Sequence record: MK250017.1 | Direction: 5' to 3' (one strand) | Length of the DNA stretch: 64,000 nucleotides | Part shown: positions 41,662 to 52,062 of the stretch, piece after piece | Layout: each line of letters begins with the position of its first letter | Numbering within the stretch: the stretch's first letter is position 1 | Program-made: the position numbers and the translations under genes | Notes under the pieces: model-generated | What the model saw: only the letters and a program-made list of their open reading frames with translations | Database searches by the model: none | Told to the model about the DNA's origin: nothing

Positions 41662-41988
41662 TTAATCATCATCAAAATTATCATATATAGAAATTTTATT
41701 CTTTTTCCTCTCTTTATGTTTTTCAATACACGGGAAACAGTATTCACCAATACCTTTTATATATTTTTCATTTGTATATGTTGGTTCACCTTTAAAATTA
41801 AAATTTCGTTGTTCACCGTATGCAATATGTTTCTTCTTTTTCCATTTAACAACTTTATCATGTTGTACTTCAATATCTCGAAGCTCTTTATATTTATTTT
41901 TTATTTTATATTTTTTATCGCCTTCTATAACAAAACTAGATGAACCTTTTTTACTAATTTTATGTGACTGATGATAACTTCTAGACAT
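41662..41988 (-). CDS. Basic hypothetical protein
   Basis: MSRSYH start, K-rich. Confidence 0.6.
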   Translation of the reverse strand: MSRSYHQSHKISKKGSSSFVIEGDKKYKIKNKYKELRDIEVQHDKVVKWKKKKHIAYGEQRNFNFKGEPTYTNEKYIKGIGEYCFPCIEKHKERKKNKISIYDNFDDD

Positions 41989-42286
41989 CTTTTATATTAT
42001 ATATTTTATTTTTAAAATGTTTTAAAAAATCTTGATATTGCTCATAATTTAATTCAATAAAATCATATTTTAATTTAAAATCAGTATTATTATTTGATAA
42101 ACCATAATAAGAATCTGGTTGTTTATACAAAATCTGTTTATTGTAATAAATTTTATATGTATCGTACATACGATTTGAATAACCAGTAGGCTTATATATT
42201 TCGACAGAAATAATACTACTTATCGGTATAATTTTACCATCTGATGTACTAATATAATCATATTTTTTCTTTAATTTTATTGACAT
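41981..42286 (-). CDS. Hypothetical protein
   Basis: 101-aa ORF. Confidence 0.6.
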   Translation of the reverse strand: MSIKLKKKYDYISTSDGKIIPISSIISVEIYKPTGYSNRMYDTYKIYYNKQILYKQPDSYYGLSNNNTDFKLKYDFIELNYEQYQDFLKHFKNKIYNIKDV

Positions 42287-42296
42287 ATTTTTTTAA

Positions 42297-42698
42297 TTAA
42301 TATTCATCATCTATTTCATCACATAAATCTAAAAATTCCTCCTGTATTGCATTATCCAAAATTTGAAATTCTCTGCGTTCGTTATATTCGTCTTCTGATT
42401 TAATCGCATCTGCCAAATCTGCATCAATATCATATACTTTTCTTGTATCTGTTGACATAACACGAATCATATTATGAATTTCTTTTTGCTTTCTGAATCC
42501 ATAATCAGAAATATATCGTTCTACAAGAATTTCTTTTTTAAATATAGGAATAATACAAATGAGTTTCGTATTCATTTCATCTTTCTCACATGAATGAATA
42601 CCAGGAATCAACAATACAGACTTACCTGTTTCTACATTTATATTATATGATGTATTACTGCGAAGAAATACAAGATCACCAATTTTAAATTCTGCCAT
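42297..42698 (-). CDS. Hypothetical protein
   Basis: FKIGDLV start. Confidence 0.65.
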   Translation of the reverse strand: MAEFKIGDLVFLRSNTSYNINVETGKSVLLIPGIHSCEKDEMNTKLICIIPIFKKEILVERYISDYGFRKQKEIHNMIRVMSTDTRKVYDIDADLADAIKSEDEYNERREFQILDNAIQEEFLDLCDEIDDEY

Positions 42699-42738
42699 AA
42701 TTTTAATATCTTATTAATATTGTTTATTATTTACAATA

Positions 42739-42746
42739 CAAAGATA
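42739..42746 (-). promoter_or_regulatory. Bacteroidetes-type -7 promoter element
   Basis: TATCTTTG upstream of 42698. Confidence 0.75.
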
Positions 42747-42852
42747 CACATATTATTTGAATTAAAAAAATAAAAAAAGAAAAATCTTAATATATTATTT
42801 CTATAATAAGAATATATATATTAAGATTTAACGTTTTAAGCCTATGAAATAG

Positions 42853-42953
42853 TAGATGTAGGGAGACTTGAACTCCCAAATTCCATACCTAGAATACCAT
42901 GAAATAAACTCAAAATATTATTGAGTTGCGTTTACCCATTTCGCCATACATCT
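42853..42953 (-). tRNA. Class II (Leu/Tyr-like) tRNA-like gene with aberrant anticodon loop
   Basis: Acceptor AGATGTA/TACATCT + A73; D arm GGCGAAATGGGTAAACGC; T arm GGGAG-TTCAAGT-CTCCC; anticodon arm ACTCA-ATAATATTT-TGAGT; ~30-nt variable region. Confidence 0.75.
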
Positions 42954-43165
42954 ATAAAAAGGTAGTTTCTTATCCGAATGCAGTCTAACTACCAAACCTT
43001 GAGTATCACATTTCGTACGTTTCCCAGATATTGTGACATCTGCTTACTATATTACTATAATAAGTTAATCCTTGAATCACTTAAACCTAATTTAATAGGG
43101 ATACATGTCAATCCATGATTAAAAAGTCTTTAGCTTAACAATATTAAAAAATATCGCAAGGATTG

Positions 43166-43237
43166 CAGCCCTAATAAGATTCGAACTTATAACATCACAA
43201 TTAAATATTATGTGCTCTACCATTGAGCTATAGGGCC
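43166..43237 (-). tRNA. tRNA-Lys(TTT)-like gene with A33
   Basis: GGCCCTA/TAGGGCT, GCTC/GAGC D stem, CATAA-TATTTAA-TTGTG, ATAAG-TTCGAAT-CTTAT. Confidence 0.8.
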
Positions 43238-43324
43238 AAGGTCTTATTTTAAATTTCCACGCAATAAGACCTTAGATTTTTGTAGATATGTGTTCATAGT
43301 ACTTAAACTAATGCTTGTAAATAT

Positions 43325-43416
43325 ACTGACGTGTTAACCACTTCACCAATCGCCCATATATATTGTTTTTTGCTTTAATTGAGGGCAATACGGGAATCGA
43401 ACCCGTGTTGGTCAGT
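43325..43416 (-). tRNA. Circularly permuted tRNA-like gene (3' half 43382-43416 precedes 5' half 43325-43355)
   Basis: 3' half ACTGA-CCAAC-ACGGG-TTCGATT-CCCGT-ATTGCCC-T; 26-nt spacer; 5' half GGGCGAT-TG-GTG..CAC-G-TCAGT; acceptor 7/7 and anticodon stem 5/5 complementary. Confidence 0.75.
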
Positions 43417-43560
43417 AAAATTCATGATGTATCACGAATGAACTATGACAATCTAACATTTACTGTAATACTAAAGCTCTTGACTCAATGCTAATGCTAA
43501 AATCTAGGATTTTGTTTATGCTAAATGTAATCAAGCTAATGCTTTAGTCAATTTACATTA

Positions 43561-43589
43561 TTTATATATCAAACAATATACAAAGTCTA
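43561..43589 (-). promoter_or_regulatory. Sigma-70-type promoter TAGACT-N17-TATAAA
   Basis: -35 at 43584-43589, -10 at 43561-43566; upstream of the tRNA-like cluster. Confidence 0.6.
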
Positions 43590-43652
43590 TTTTTATTCTT
43601 AAAATAATTTCACTTAAATAAATATCATAAATGAAATAGTTATCGTAACTAA

Positions 43653-44870
43653 ATGAAAAAGAATAATTATCTATATGAAGAAATGATACAGGATATTTCT
43701 GTTATCGTTAAACATCGAATAAATGAAGCATATGATAATCAACTTCTTGAAGAATATGGTGCAAAAGATATATTTAATGATGTAATGAAAGAAGCTACAA
43801 AAGATGGAAAAATCTTTTATACACATCTTAAAAAATTTATTATTTATGTTATCAAAAAACTTCAAGAAACAAATCAATATAAGCAAGCAGAAAAAATGAT
43901 GAATGCATATGTTCAGAAAATATAGAAATATATAAATGAACATAAAAAGATTACACCTCGTCGTATGTTAAAAATTACAGTTACTGTATTAGCAATATAT
44001 GGCGGTGTATCAATGGTATAGGATTGTAAATCACTAATAAAATCACTACAAAATAATGTAGAAACATATGAGCAAACAGCAGAAGATATTCCAGATTTAC
44101 AATAGGAAAATATTACTGTTGATGAACCAGAAAATTTTGTAGTCAATGTAAAGGATGAAGCAAAATAGACATTAAGTGTTAAACATGTTTCATAGGAAGA
44201 TATTAATAATTCTCCTGCAAATAAATTCGAACATGATAAGAATTTCAATTTTAAATCAAGTAACAGTGCACGTGAATTTATTAAAAAACATGAAATGCTT
44301 CTACTTTATCCTTATTATGCAAATGAAGCTGAAGAAAAACAAGGTAAAGTAACTATAGGTTATGGACATGTTGTATTAGAAACTGATGGTGCATTATATC
44401 AGCAAATACAACAATTAAAAAAGAAAGGTCTTATAAAGCAGTCATTTACTCGTGATAAGAAAACAGGAAAACTTATATTAAATCCTAAACATTGTAAACC
44501 AATTATTACAAAAGTGCAAGCAAATAAATTATTCTTAAAAGATATTAAGATAGCAGAAGATAGAGCATATAAAGCATTGCAAGATATGCCTACTGATGAT
44601 GATAATGTTAAGTGCTATATGTTATATAATCAAAAAATAAGAGATGGATTAACATCACTATGTTATAATGCTGGTAATCTTAAACATGATAAGTATTCAT
44701 TTATAACAAAAGGACTTGCAAAATGTAGATATGATTATAAAAACCAGAAAATTAATCCAGGTGATTATAATGTATCATTCAGTTATTTTAAAAATATTAA
44801 AGATAATCCTAATAGAAGAAATGAAGAATATAAGTTATTCTTTATGAATGCAAATAAATCAATGTCATAA
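43653..44870 (+). CDS. Lysozyme (GH24/T4L-like) with N-terminal propeptide-like segment and TM helix (TAG=Gln, 5 TAG)
   Basis: FIKKHE..VTIGYGH..DGLTSLCYNAG..RRNEE; 405 aa; AATAAATA at 43617. Confidence 0.85.
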
Positions 44871-44891
44871 AAATAAAAAAATATTAATATA

Positions 44892-46175
44892 ATGAAGAAA
44901 TTATTTGAAGCAAAACAAAAACCATTAGTTGTTTATAATCCTGCTGATATATTTATGAAATATAATATGAAACCAGGAGATTATGTTTCTATTGCATATA
45001 TATCAGACGTTTTACAAGGTGAATCAAGCCATCCTATTGCAAGAAGTGGTTCTCAAAAACAATGTTATAATATTAATGATGAAACAGATGCATAGTTAAT
45101 GGAATATATTGACAACCTTCCTAATAATAGAATTAAACAATTATTAACAGAATTTAGAGAATCTAAGAAATATTAGGATTTTTTAAATGGTACCAGTAAA
45201 TTAAAAACATGTAAATTAAATTTAACGACAGAACATATTATTAAAGTAAGTCATCTTACATGTAACTGGAAAGATTCAAAAGCATTGGCAAAATTCTATG
45301 ATAAGTAGCGAGATGCTATTTGGAAACTCCGTCAAGATTATGGATTTGAAGATGGTTTTGATGATAATTATGATAGAGATGAAGATGATGTAAACTGGAG
45401 AGATTCACATGATGGTAGAAATATAATGCCTCGTACAAAAAAGAATTATAACGGTAATGTATATAAAGATGCTACTATCCTTCCTGGCATTTATGCAAGT
45501 CTTTCAGATCCTGATAAAGTTGCATTTAGATTCGCATATAATCAAAGATCTAGTCATAAAGATTCTGATTATTATTATGTAAATGGTGATGGAACATTAT
45601 TTCCTTTAAATAAAGCATTCGTTACATTCTTAACATATGCATATAAGAAAAATAAAGAAGATGAAATTTATCCTACATAGGAAGAAAGAGAATTTGTTGC
45701 TAAACTTAAACAAATTACTGATGAAGCAGCAAGTACAGCAGAAATGACTCTTAGCTGTAATTAGATTTTATTTATGAAGTCAACTGCACGCACATCAAAG
45801 AACGCAAGAATTTCTCAAAATATTCCATTTGTATGGATTAATACAAAAGCAGTTGTCAATAAATATGATTTTATTAATCCAACTGAATTAAATAACATTA
45901 TTAAAAATCTTGTGTATTCACTTGATGATACTGATGTTAATGGTACAATTGAAAATATCAATGTTAAAGGTAAATCAATAAGTGATCTTCTTAATATAGA
46001 TATGTCTGGTAAAGCAACTGCTGATCCTGCAACTATTAGACAACGTTTAGGAATTACAGAAGCATTACATATGTTAGCATATAAATTTACACAAACAAAA
46101 AAGAAACGTGCATTATATGAATCAATTATGAAAAATGTTTCTAAAACAATAAAAAGAAAATTACAATTAATCTAA
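44892..46175 (+). CDS. Putative virion protein (TAG=Gln, 5 TAG)
   Basis: Three track ORFs join; MKKLFEA start, RALYESIM C-terminal motif. Confidence 0.8.
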
Positions 46176-46181
46176 AATAAT

Positions 46182-46215
46182 AAAGAGATTGAATAATCAA
46201 ATATTCAATCTCTTT
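46182..46215. terminator. Bidirectional intrinsic terminator
   Basis: 14-bp IR aaagagattgaata/tattcaatctcttt between convergent genes. Confidence 0.75.
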
Positions 46216-46232
46216 TCTTTTATATTAAAAAA

Positions 46233-47486
46233 TTAAAATCTAATAAATGAAACTACTTTTGCAGAAACATTAGGATCTGCAATTTTGAATACCTTATCAG
46301 GATTAACCTATAACATGATATTTGCATCACCTTTATCTGCAACAGAAGATGTCCAATATCTACCGGTACCGATAATATCCATTACTTTATTAAGTTCTGG
46401 TAATGTAGGAAGATATGCACGTTCAAAAATTTGTGATTTTACTTCATTAACTTGTTCACTATTCAAACCATTTAATTGTAATTTCTTTATAGCCATTTGC
46501 TTTGCAAGTTTAGCAGCATTATTACCATTATCTTCAAGAATACTTGTATAAAAATTTCCTTTAATTTCCTCTTGATAATAATAATTAGATCCTGGTGTAA
46601 TCTCTAATTTCTATTTAGCACCAACTAGCTTTTTCTTAAAATAATATGAATCATATACATTATTATTTCCTGGATTACCCAATGTTGATTCCTATGAATC
46701 CAATATCATAAATACTGGTTTCTTATCTAATGACTAATAACTAGAAATAACACATTTAGCAAATGATCCCTATGCATCATTACTTAAAACTAAACCATCT
46801 ACTTCATCCCATTTAAGGAACATACCTTCATTTGCTTTTTTCAAAAAATTACCTACTGTTTTAAAATATGGTTTTAAATCTGCATATTTTTCACCAAATG
46901 GTTCATCTTCTGCAATTTCATCCTCTATATCTTCATCATTTGAATCTGATGTATCTACATCATCATAATCAGGATAATCTGTCTATGTAGTTTCTTCAGG
47001 TTCATCAACCTTTTTACTTACACTATCATCAAACCCATGTGAAACTATAGGTTTATCCTAAATAACTGGTTCATCTTCTATTGTATTATCATCTGTTTGC
47101 ACATCATCATAATCAGGATAATCAGGAGTCTATACTGGTTCATCCTAAGAAATATTACCATCGAATTCACCACCATTTTCAACATATAATTTCTGAATAT
47201 CTGCTATACTACCACCAGCATCTATATATGCATTACCAATATTCTTATATGCTTTTAATTTATTAATATCTGAATTATTATGTGGACATCCAACCTTCAT
47301 AGTAAGCAAACCTGCAACATATTTCTATAAAAGAACCTCTTTTGTATCTTTCTTCATTACCTTTGCATCTTCACCTAATGTTGAACGCAAACGACTTGAC
47401 ATTGAACTCATTGAAGCCCAAATTTTTGGATCAATTGTTCTCTATACACGGGCTTCATTTAATATATCATTTATAAATGTTCTCAT
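46233..47486 (-). CDS. Putative virion protein with acidic DYPDYDDV repeats and a DUF1566-like C-terminus (TAG=Gln, ~11 TAG)
   Basis: 417 aa open frame; ILNEA start; LPTLPELN..YWTSS; AATAAATA at 47514. Confidence 0.8.
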
Positions 47487-47616
47487 TTAAAATAAATCAA
47501 TAATTATTTTATATATTTATTTTGTTATAATTATTTATTATAACATTATCATTTACCATAAAATTAAAGAGTATAACTTTTTAAATTATACTCTTTATTC
47601 TTTATTTTGTTTTTAA

Positions 47617-48246
47617 TTATAAAATTGTTGTCCATGCTTCAAATACTGCATCATCATATTCTTCATAAGGAATAGTAATATATCCATGATCTGCCCATGA
47701 TGTTCCCCATGAATTTCTAATAATAAATCCTTGCTTATTATAGCCAACGCATAATACACAATGCCCTCCGGCATAATTAGAACCTTTTCTCCAAAAATAT
47801 GGATCATTATCTGTAAAAACAGGAAAACCCATAGAAACTGGGCCAAACATAATTAATGCACGTTTTAAAACTTCTCCTGATGGAACTAAAGCATATGAAT
47901 TAATTTTTTCACCATTTAAACCATTAGTTTTAAGATATTTTAATGCTTCTTTTATAGACATACCTTCCTATGGTTTATTTGAACGAGAATTATATAATGT
48001 ATTAATAGAGAAATTATTACATTTACCATCAGTTCCTACTTTACTGTTATGAAGATAGTCAAGTACACCAGTTAATGATTGACATACACAAGTCTATGTA
48101 TTACCCTAATCACGAACAGGAGGCATAACATCTCTTAAAGAAAATTCATCAGGTAATGGTATTTTTGAATCAACATTTACTACTTGTTCTGTACCATCTA
48201 ATTTAGACGGAATACATCCATAAAAATGTTTCTACTTATTATCCAT
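47617..48246 (-). CDS. Papain-like C1A cysteine protease (TAG=Gln)
   Basis: PVRDQGNTQTC (oxyanion Q = TAG), GGHCV, IRNSWG; 209 aa. Confidence 0.9.
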
Positions 48247-48334
48247 ATGTCATTAAATATATTTTATATATTTATTTTCTATATAATAAAAGAAAGAGTT
48301 AGATATTCGAATATCTAACTCTTTTATATTTTTA

Positions 48335-50230
48335 TTAAGAGAAATCACCACCGGTATCACCTCCACCAGTATCTGCAATTTCAGAACCACCAGATCCCAT
48401 ACCAGTATCACCACCAGAGAATGCTTCATCACCGCCAGAGAAGTCTCCTCCACCACCGAAGTCACCTCCACCGGTATCACCTTCAGCCCCGAATGAATCA
48501 TCAAAACCTGAACCTCCAGAATCACCGCCGAAATCCATTTCGCCTGGTGCACCATTACCTTGCTGTTCACCAACTTGTTTTCCCATTTCTTGGTGTTGTT
48601 TAATTATTTTGGCTTGTTCTAATCGTTCAATAATTTCGCCTTGCTTATATTTTTCATTAAGTGCAAAATCTTCATCAGACATACCTAGAAATTTCTCAAT
48701 AAGGAATTTCATACTAAAGAATGGTTTATTTTCACCTAATTGAATTTGTGCTAAAGTACCTATAATTTCAGCCCCCTATTTTAATGCAGTTCTTTCTTTT
48801 GCTTTAACAAATAAGTTTTCTTCATTAAATACAATACCTATACATTGTTTAAGCAATTCAGAATTAGCTAATTCTGGCATCATTAAACATATTTGCACCC
48901 ATAAAGGTTTTAACAAAATTTCACGATACATAACGCGAATACGACTAATAAATCTACTAAATGCATATTCCTCTCGTGTTATACTTGCATCATCTCCACC
49001 TAATGGATGTGCGCCATCAGCAGCAGGATCAATCATAAATCTATTTGCTGGAACTTTTGTTTCTAATATAAAACGTCTCCAAAAATATTTCAATGGTGTA
49101 ATATCACTTAAGTCATAACCTTCTGTAGGTATTTCTTCTATTGTCATCGAATTACCATCACGAATTGGGAAAAAATGAGTTTTGGAAAATGAAAAACGTG
49201 GTTGACCATTTACAACCATTTCACCAGATATTTCATCAACTGTTGTTTCTTCATTCCAATCTGCTTTTACTTCATTAACCTTTGCACGAGCTTTGTCCTA
49301 TGAAATATTACCTACTGGAATACCAACTTTAACACGTTTCTGTGAATTCATAATATTCCAAACCATTCTTGATGTTTCAAGTTGTGTTAACATTGTATAT
49401 GATCTTATTAATCCTTCTAGATAAGAAACTCGTGAATTTTCACCATACATACCTGTTGACCATGATATATATACAATATTTGAATCTGGTATTTTTCTTT
49501 CCAACTATGCATCACCTCTATATTGATACCATACTTTTACTTCTTTTCCTGTTTCTGGATCTATTTCAATATCAGGTTCAAGAGTTGCTGCATCCAATTC
49601 TCTCATACCTATAATACGTGTAGGTTTCATAAGATTATCAACAACAATTTCAAATGCCAAATATCCTTCAACTAAGAATTTTTTAAAATAATTCCATGCA
49701 TCATTTGATTTATCCCATCCATATGTAGAATATATAATCTTAAATGCTTTTTGACAATTTTTAATTAAATCATCTGCAGTTTCACCATTTGCACCTTTAT
49801 AATTAGTGTTAAGCTTTAATTTCAGAAGATTTAAATCTAACTATGCAAAATAATTGTTTTCATCTAATATTATAGTTTCATCTGAAATAGTATCAAGAAC
49901 AAAAGAAATTGTTTGTTGTGAAGCGAACTATCTTAACTATTCACGTCTCTATTGATATGATAAATCATAATATGCATAAGATTGTTTTGTATTTTTAGTA
50001 ATATCAACATACTATGAAAAAGAATTTTGATCCTAATTTAAACCATCGTTAAATGGGTATAATGAATCACCTGTATAATTATTTGTTTGAGCGGAACCTA
50101 AAGCTAATGATGTTTTAAGAATACTCTATGATGAATTTAAACTGAGAGAAGACAGATTAATAAGTGTATTGATTTTATTATGATCTGCTTTTCCTGGATT
50201 AAACTTTCTTGCTATATATTTTGTAGGCAT
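48335..50230 (-). CDS. Portal protein (T4 gp20-like; TAG=Gln, 10 TAG)
   Basis: Three track ORFs plus the N-terminal region join into 631 aa; YLEGLIR..QLE, KYFWRRF..KVP..RF, ITREEYAFSRFI; Gly/Asp-rich tail; AATAAATA at 50255. Confidence 0.9.
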
Positions 50231-50351
50231 TATTATGCTTTTATTTAGTTTTTATATTTATTATATATAAAAATAGGTAATATGTTTATGAAAAATACAT
50301 ATTACCTATCAAACAAAATTAAACAATTAAATATATATATTATGAAAAATG

Positions 50352-50744
50352 TGGAGACATCCGGAGTCGAACCGGAGTATTACTAACTTGTCAATAATAA
50401 ACTATCTACGTGCGTATTTCTTAATTAGTTTTCATCATACATTCTTAGGAGTTAAACAGTTTAATGTCGTAATCACTCTTATTGGACAAAAAGTATAGTG
50501 AGTTTTATTTAACAGAGAAAACACTCACCGAACTCCGTGGCGATGCTCAACTTACCTTGTAAGGAGCAAATGCTTCAATGGGTTTATATTACCAATCCTA
50601 CCGGATTAAGCTGCCATACGAAAATCAATTTCGTCGTCATTTAAATTTATTTGCTAAATTTCTTTGTATTACTACAAAAGGCTTTTAACTTTCCTACACG
50701 ATTTATTACCACATAATTAATAAGCAAAACCAAAAAATGTCCCC
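50352..50744 (-). ncRNA. ssrA: tmRNA
   Basis: 5' GGGGACA pairs 3' TGTCTCC (G3.U70); T arm CCGG-TTCGACT-CCGG; tag frame DDEIDFRMAA* at 50606-50638. Confidence 0.92.
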
Positions 50745-50762
50745 TAAATATTAATTACATAT

Positions 50763-50791
50763 TTTATATATGTAATTAATTAAAAAGTTTA
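50763..50791 (-). promoter_or_regulatory. Sigma-70-type promoter TAAACT-N17-TATAAA
   Basis: Directly upstream of the tmRNA. Confidence 0.55.
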
Positions 50792-51139
50792 CTTTTTCTT
50801 TAACTTTTTACCTGTTTTATAATAACGCTGTAACTTATTATTTAATACAGTATTTATCACATTAAGTCTATGATTTTCACTAATTAACTTATTATATTTA
50901 CTATATAATGTATTATATGATATATCAAAATCTTTAAGTATTTTCTCTTGTGCTTTAATTACATCATCTTGTAATAAAGACCTTTCATCCTGTGTTTTAA
51001 TTATATCATCATTATTTTTTATTATTGAAGTATATATAGTATATAGTTCTTCTCGTTTTTTATCAATATTATTACTATTCGGCGTAAAAATAGCACTTAA
51101 TATATTTGTAAAATAATCAGATAATTTCATAATTAACAT
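50789..51139 (-). CDS. Coiled-coil hypothetical protein
   Basis: 116 aa. Confidence 0.6.
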   Translation of the reverse strand: MLIMKLSDYFTNILSAIFTPNSNNIDKKREELYTIYTSIIKNNDDIIKTQDERSLLQDDVIKAQEKILKDFDISYNTLYSKYNKLISENHRLNVINTVLNNKLQRYYKTGKKLKKK

Positions 51140-51149
51140 TCTTATTATA

Positions 51150-51953
51150 TTAAACGAATATAGTTAATTCCATATTTTGTGACATTAAATTTCCAAATAC
51201 ATTCATAGGAAGTGTTTTTGAAAATGTATCATTAACATACAAATCAATATAATTTGCATAACATGATGACTTATTCAATTTATTTTTTCCTTTCTCTAGA
51301 ACTGTAATTCTACCATAAACAATATCACCTTCTTTAACATCACTTAAATAATTTGTCTTGATATGAATTCGTTTAACAATATATTTCGGTGTTGCTAAAT
51401 AAATATCTCCATTGTTTGGCGCATTATCAATTGCATCCCATTTTGCTTTTCTTCTTGCTGCATTCTTTTGTTGTCTCTTATTATATTCAGCAATAGCATC
51501 TTCTTCTGTTTCAAAACAACGATTCCTTGTATTAACATGTGGTACATCACACACAGAAAGAAGATAATATCCCTCTCTAATTTTATAATTATCATCCGCT
51601 TCTCTTACAAAACATACAGACCATTTGTCTGCAGAAGAATATCTTATAATTTCTGAAGCACCTCTAACTGCAGGTGAAATTTCTTTATTAAGCTTTACAA
51701 ATACAATACGTCTACTATCTTTTGATATAGGATCTACTGTATATAATGATTTACATTCATTATCTAATACTTCTTTCTTGATAAGAAATCCATAAATAGT
51801 TCTACTAAAACTAAAATAGTATGATGATCTCCCACTTTCTTCATAATTACCAAGATATAAATCTGTATTATCAATATAATATTCATCAGGAATATTTGAT
51901 AATGATTTATTATGGTCATATGAATTTATAAATGTATATGATTTTGCTTTCAT
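51150..51953 (-). CDS. Hypothetical protein
   Basis: 267 aa. Confidence 0.7.
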   Translation of the reverse strand: MKAKSYTFINSYDHNKSLSNIPDEYYIDNTDLYLGNYEESGRSSYYFSFSRTIYGFLIKKEVLDNECKSLYTVDPISKDSRRIVFVKLNKEISPAVRGASEIIRYSSADKWSVCFVREADDNYKIREGYYLLSVCDVPHVNTRNRCFETEEDAIAEYNKRQQKNAARRKAKWDAIDNAPNNGDIYLATPKYIVKRIHIKTNYLSDVKEGDIVYGRITVLEKGKNKLNKSSCYANYIDLYVNDTFSKTLPMNVFGNLMSQNMELTIFV

Positions 51954-51985
51954 AATTTCTATTTTTCTTTCATTAATTTATATTT

Positions 51986-51993
51986 CAAAGATA
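51986..51993 (-). promoter_or_regulatory. Bacteroidetes-type -7 element, nested in an AAAACT-N17-TATAAA promoter (51977-52005)
   Basis: TATCTTTG upstream of 51953. Confidence 0.7.
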
Positions 51994-52062
51994 CATAAAA
52001 GTTTTTAAAATAAAAAATGGAGACTATATGAATAATCTCCATTTAATGTATAATATCATTTT

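Noticed and set aside
43325-43416. Permuted two-piece tmRNA
   Set aside because: No G3.U70 Ala determinant, a real D stem is present, there is no xAA-ending tag frame, and a canonical tmRNA already exists at 50352-50744
43325-43416. Two ordinary intron-containing tRNAs or a natural permuted group I intron
   Set aside because: No partner halves upstream or downstream, and no P7 (R/S) elements in the leader or trailer
46950-47140. DYPDYDDV duplication as a regulatory DNA repeat
   Set aside because: In-frame protein repeat within the recoded ORF 46233..47486
20381-50230. Fragmented ORFs as pseudogenes or frameshifts
   Set aside because: All breaks are in-frame TAG at Gln-compatible positions; no frameshift is needed
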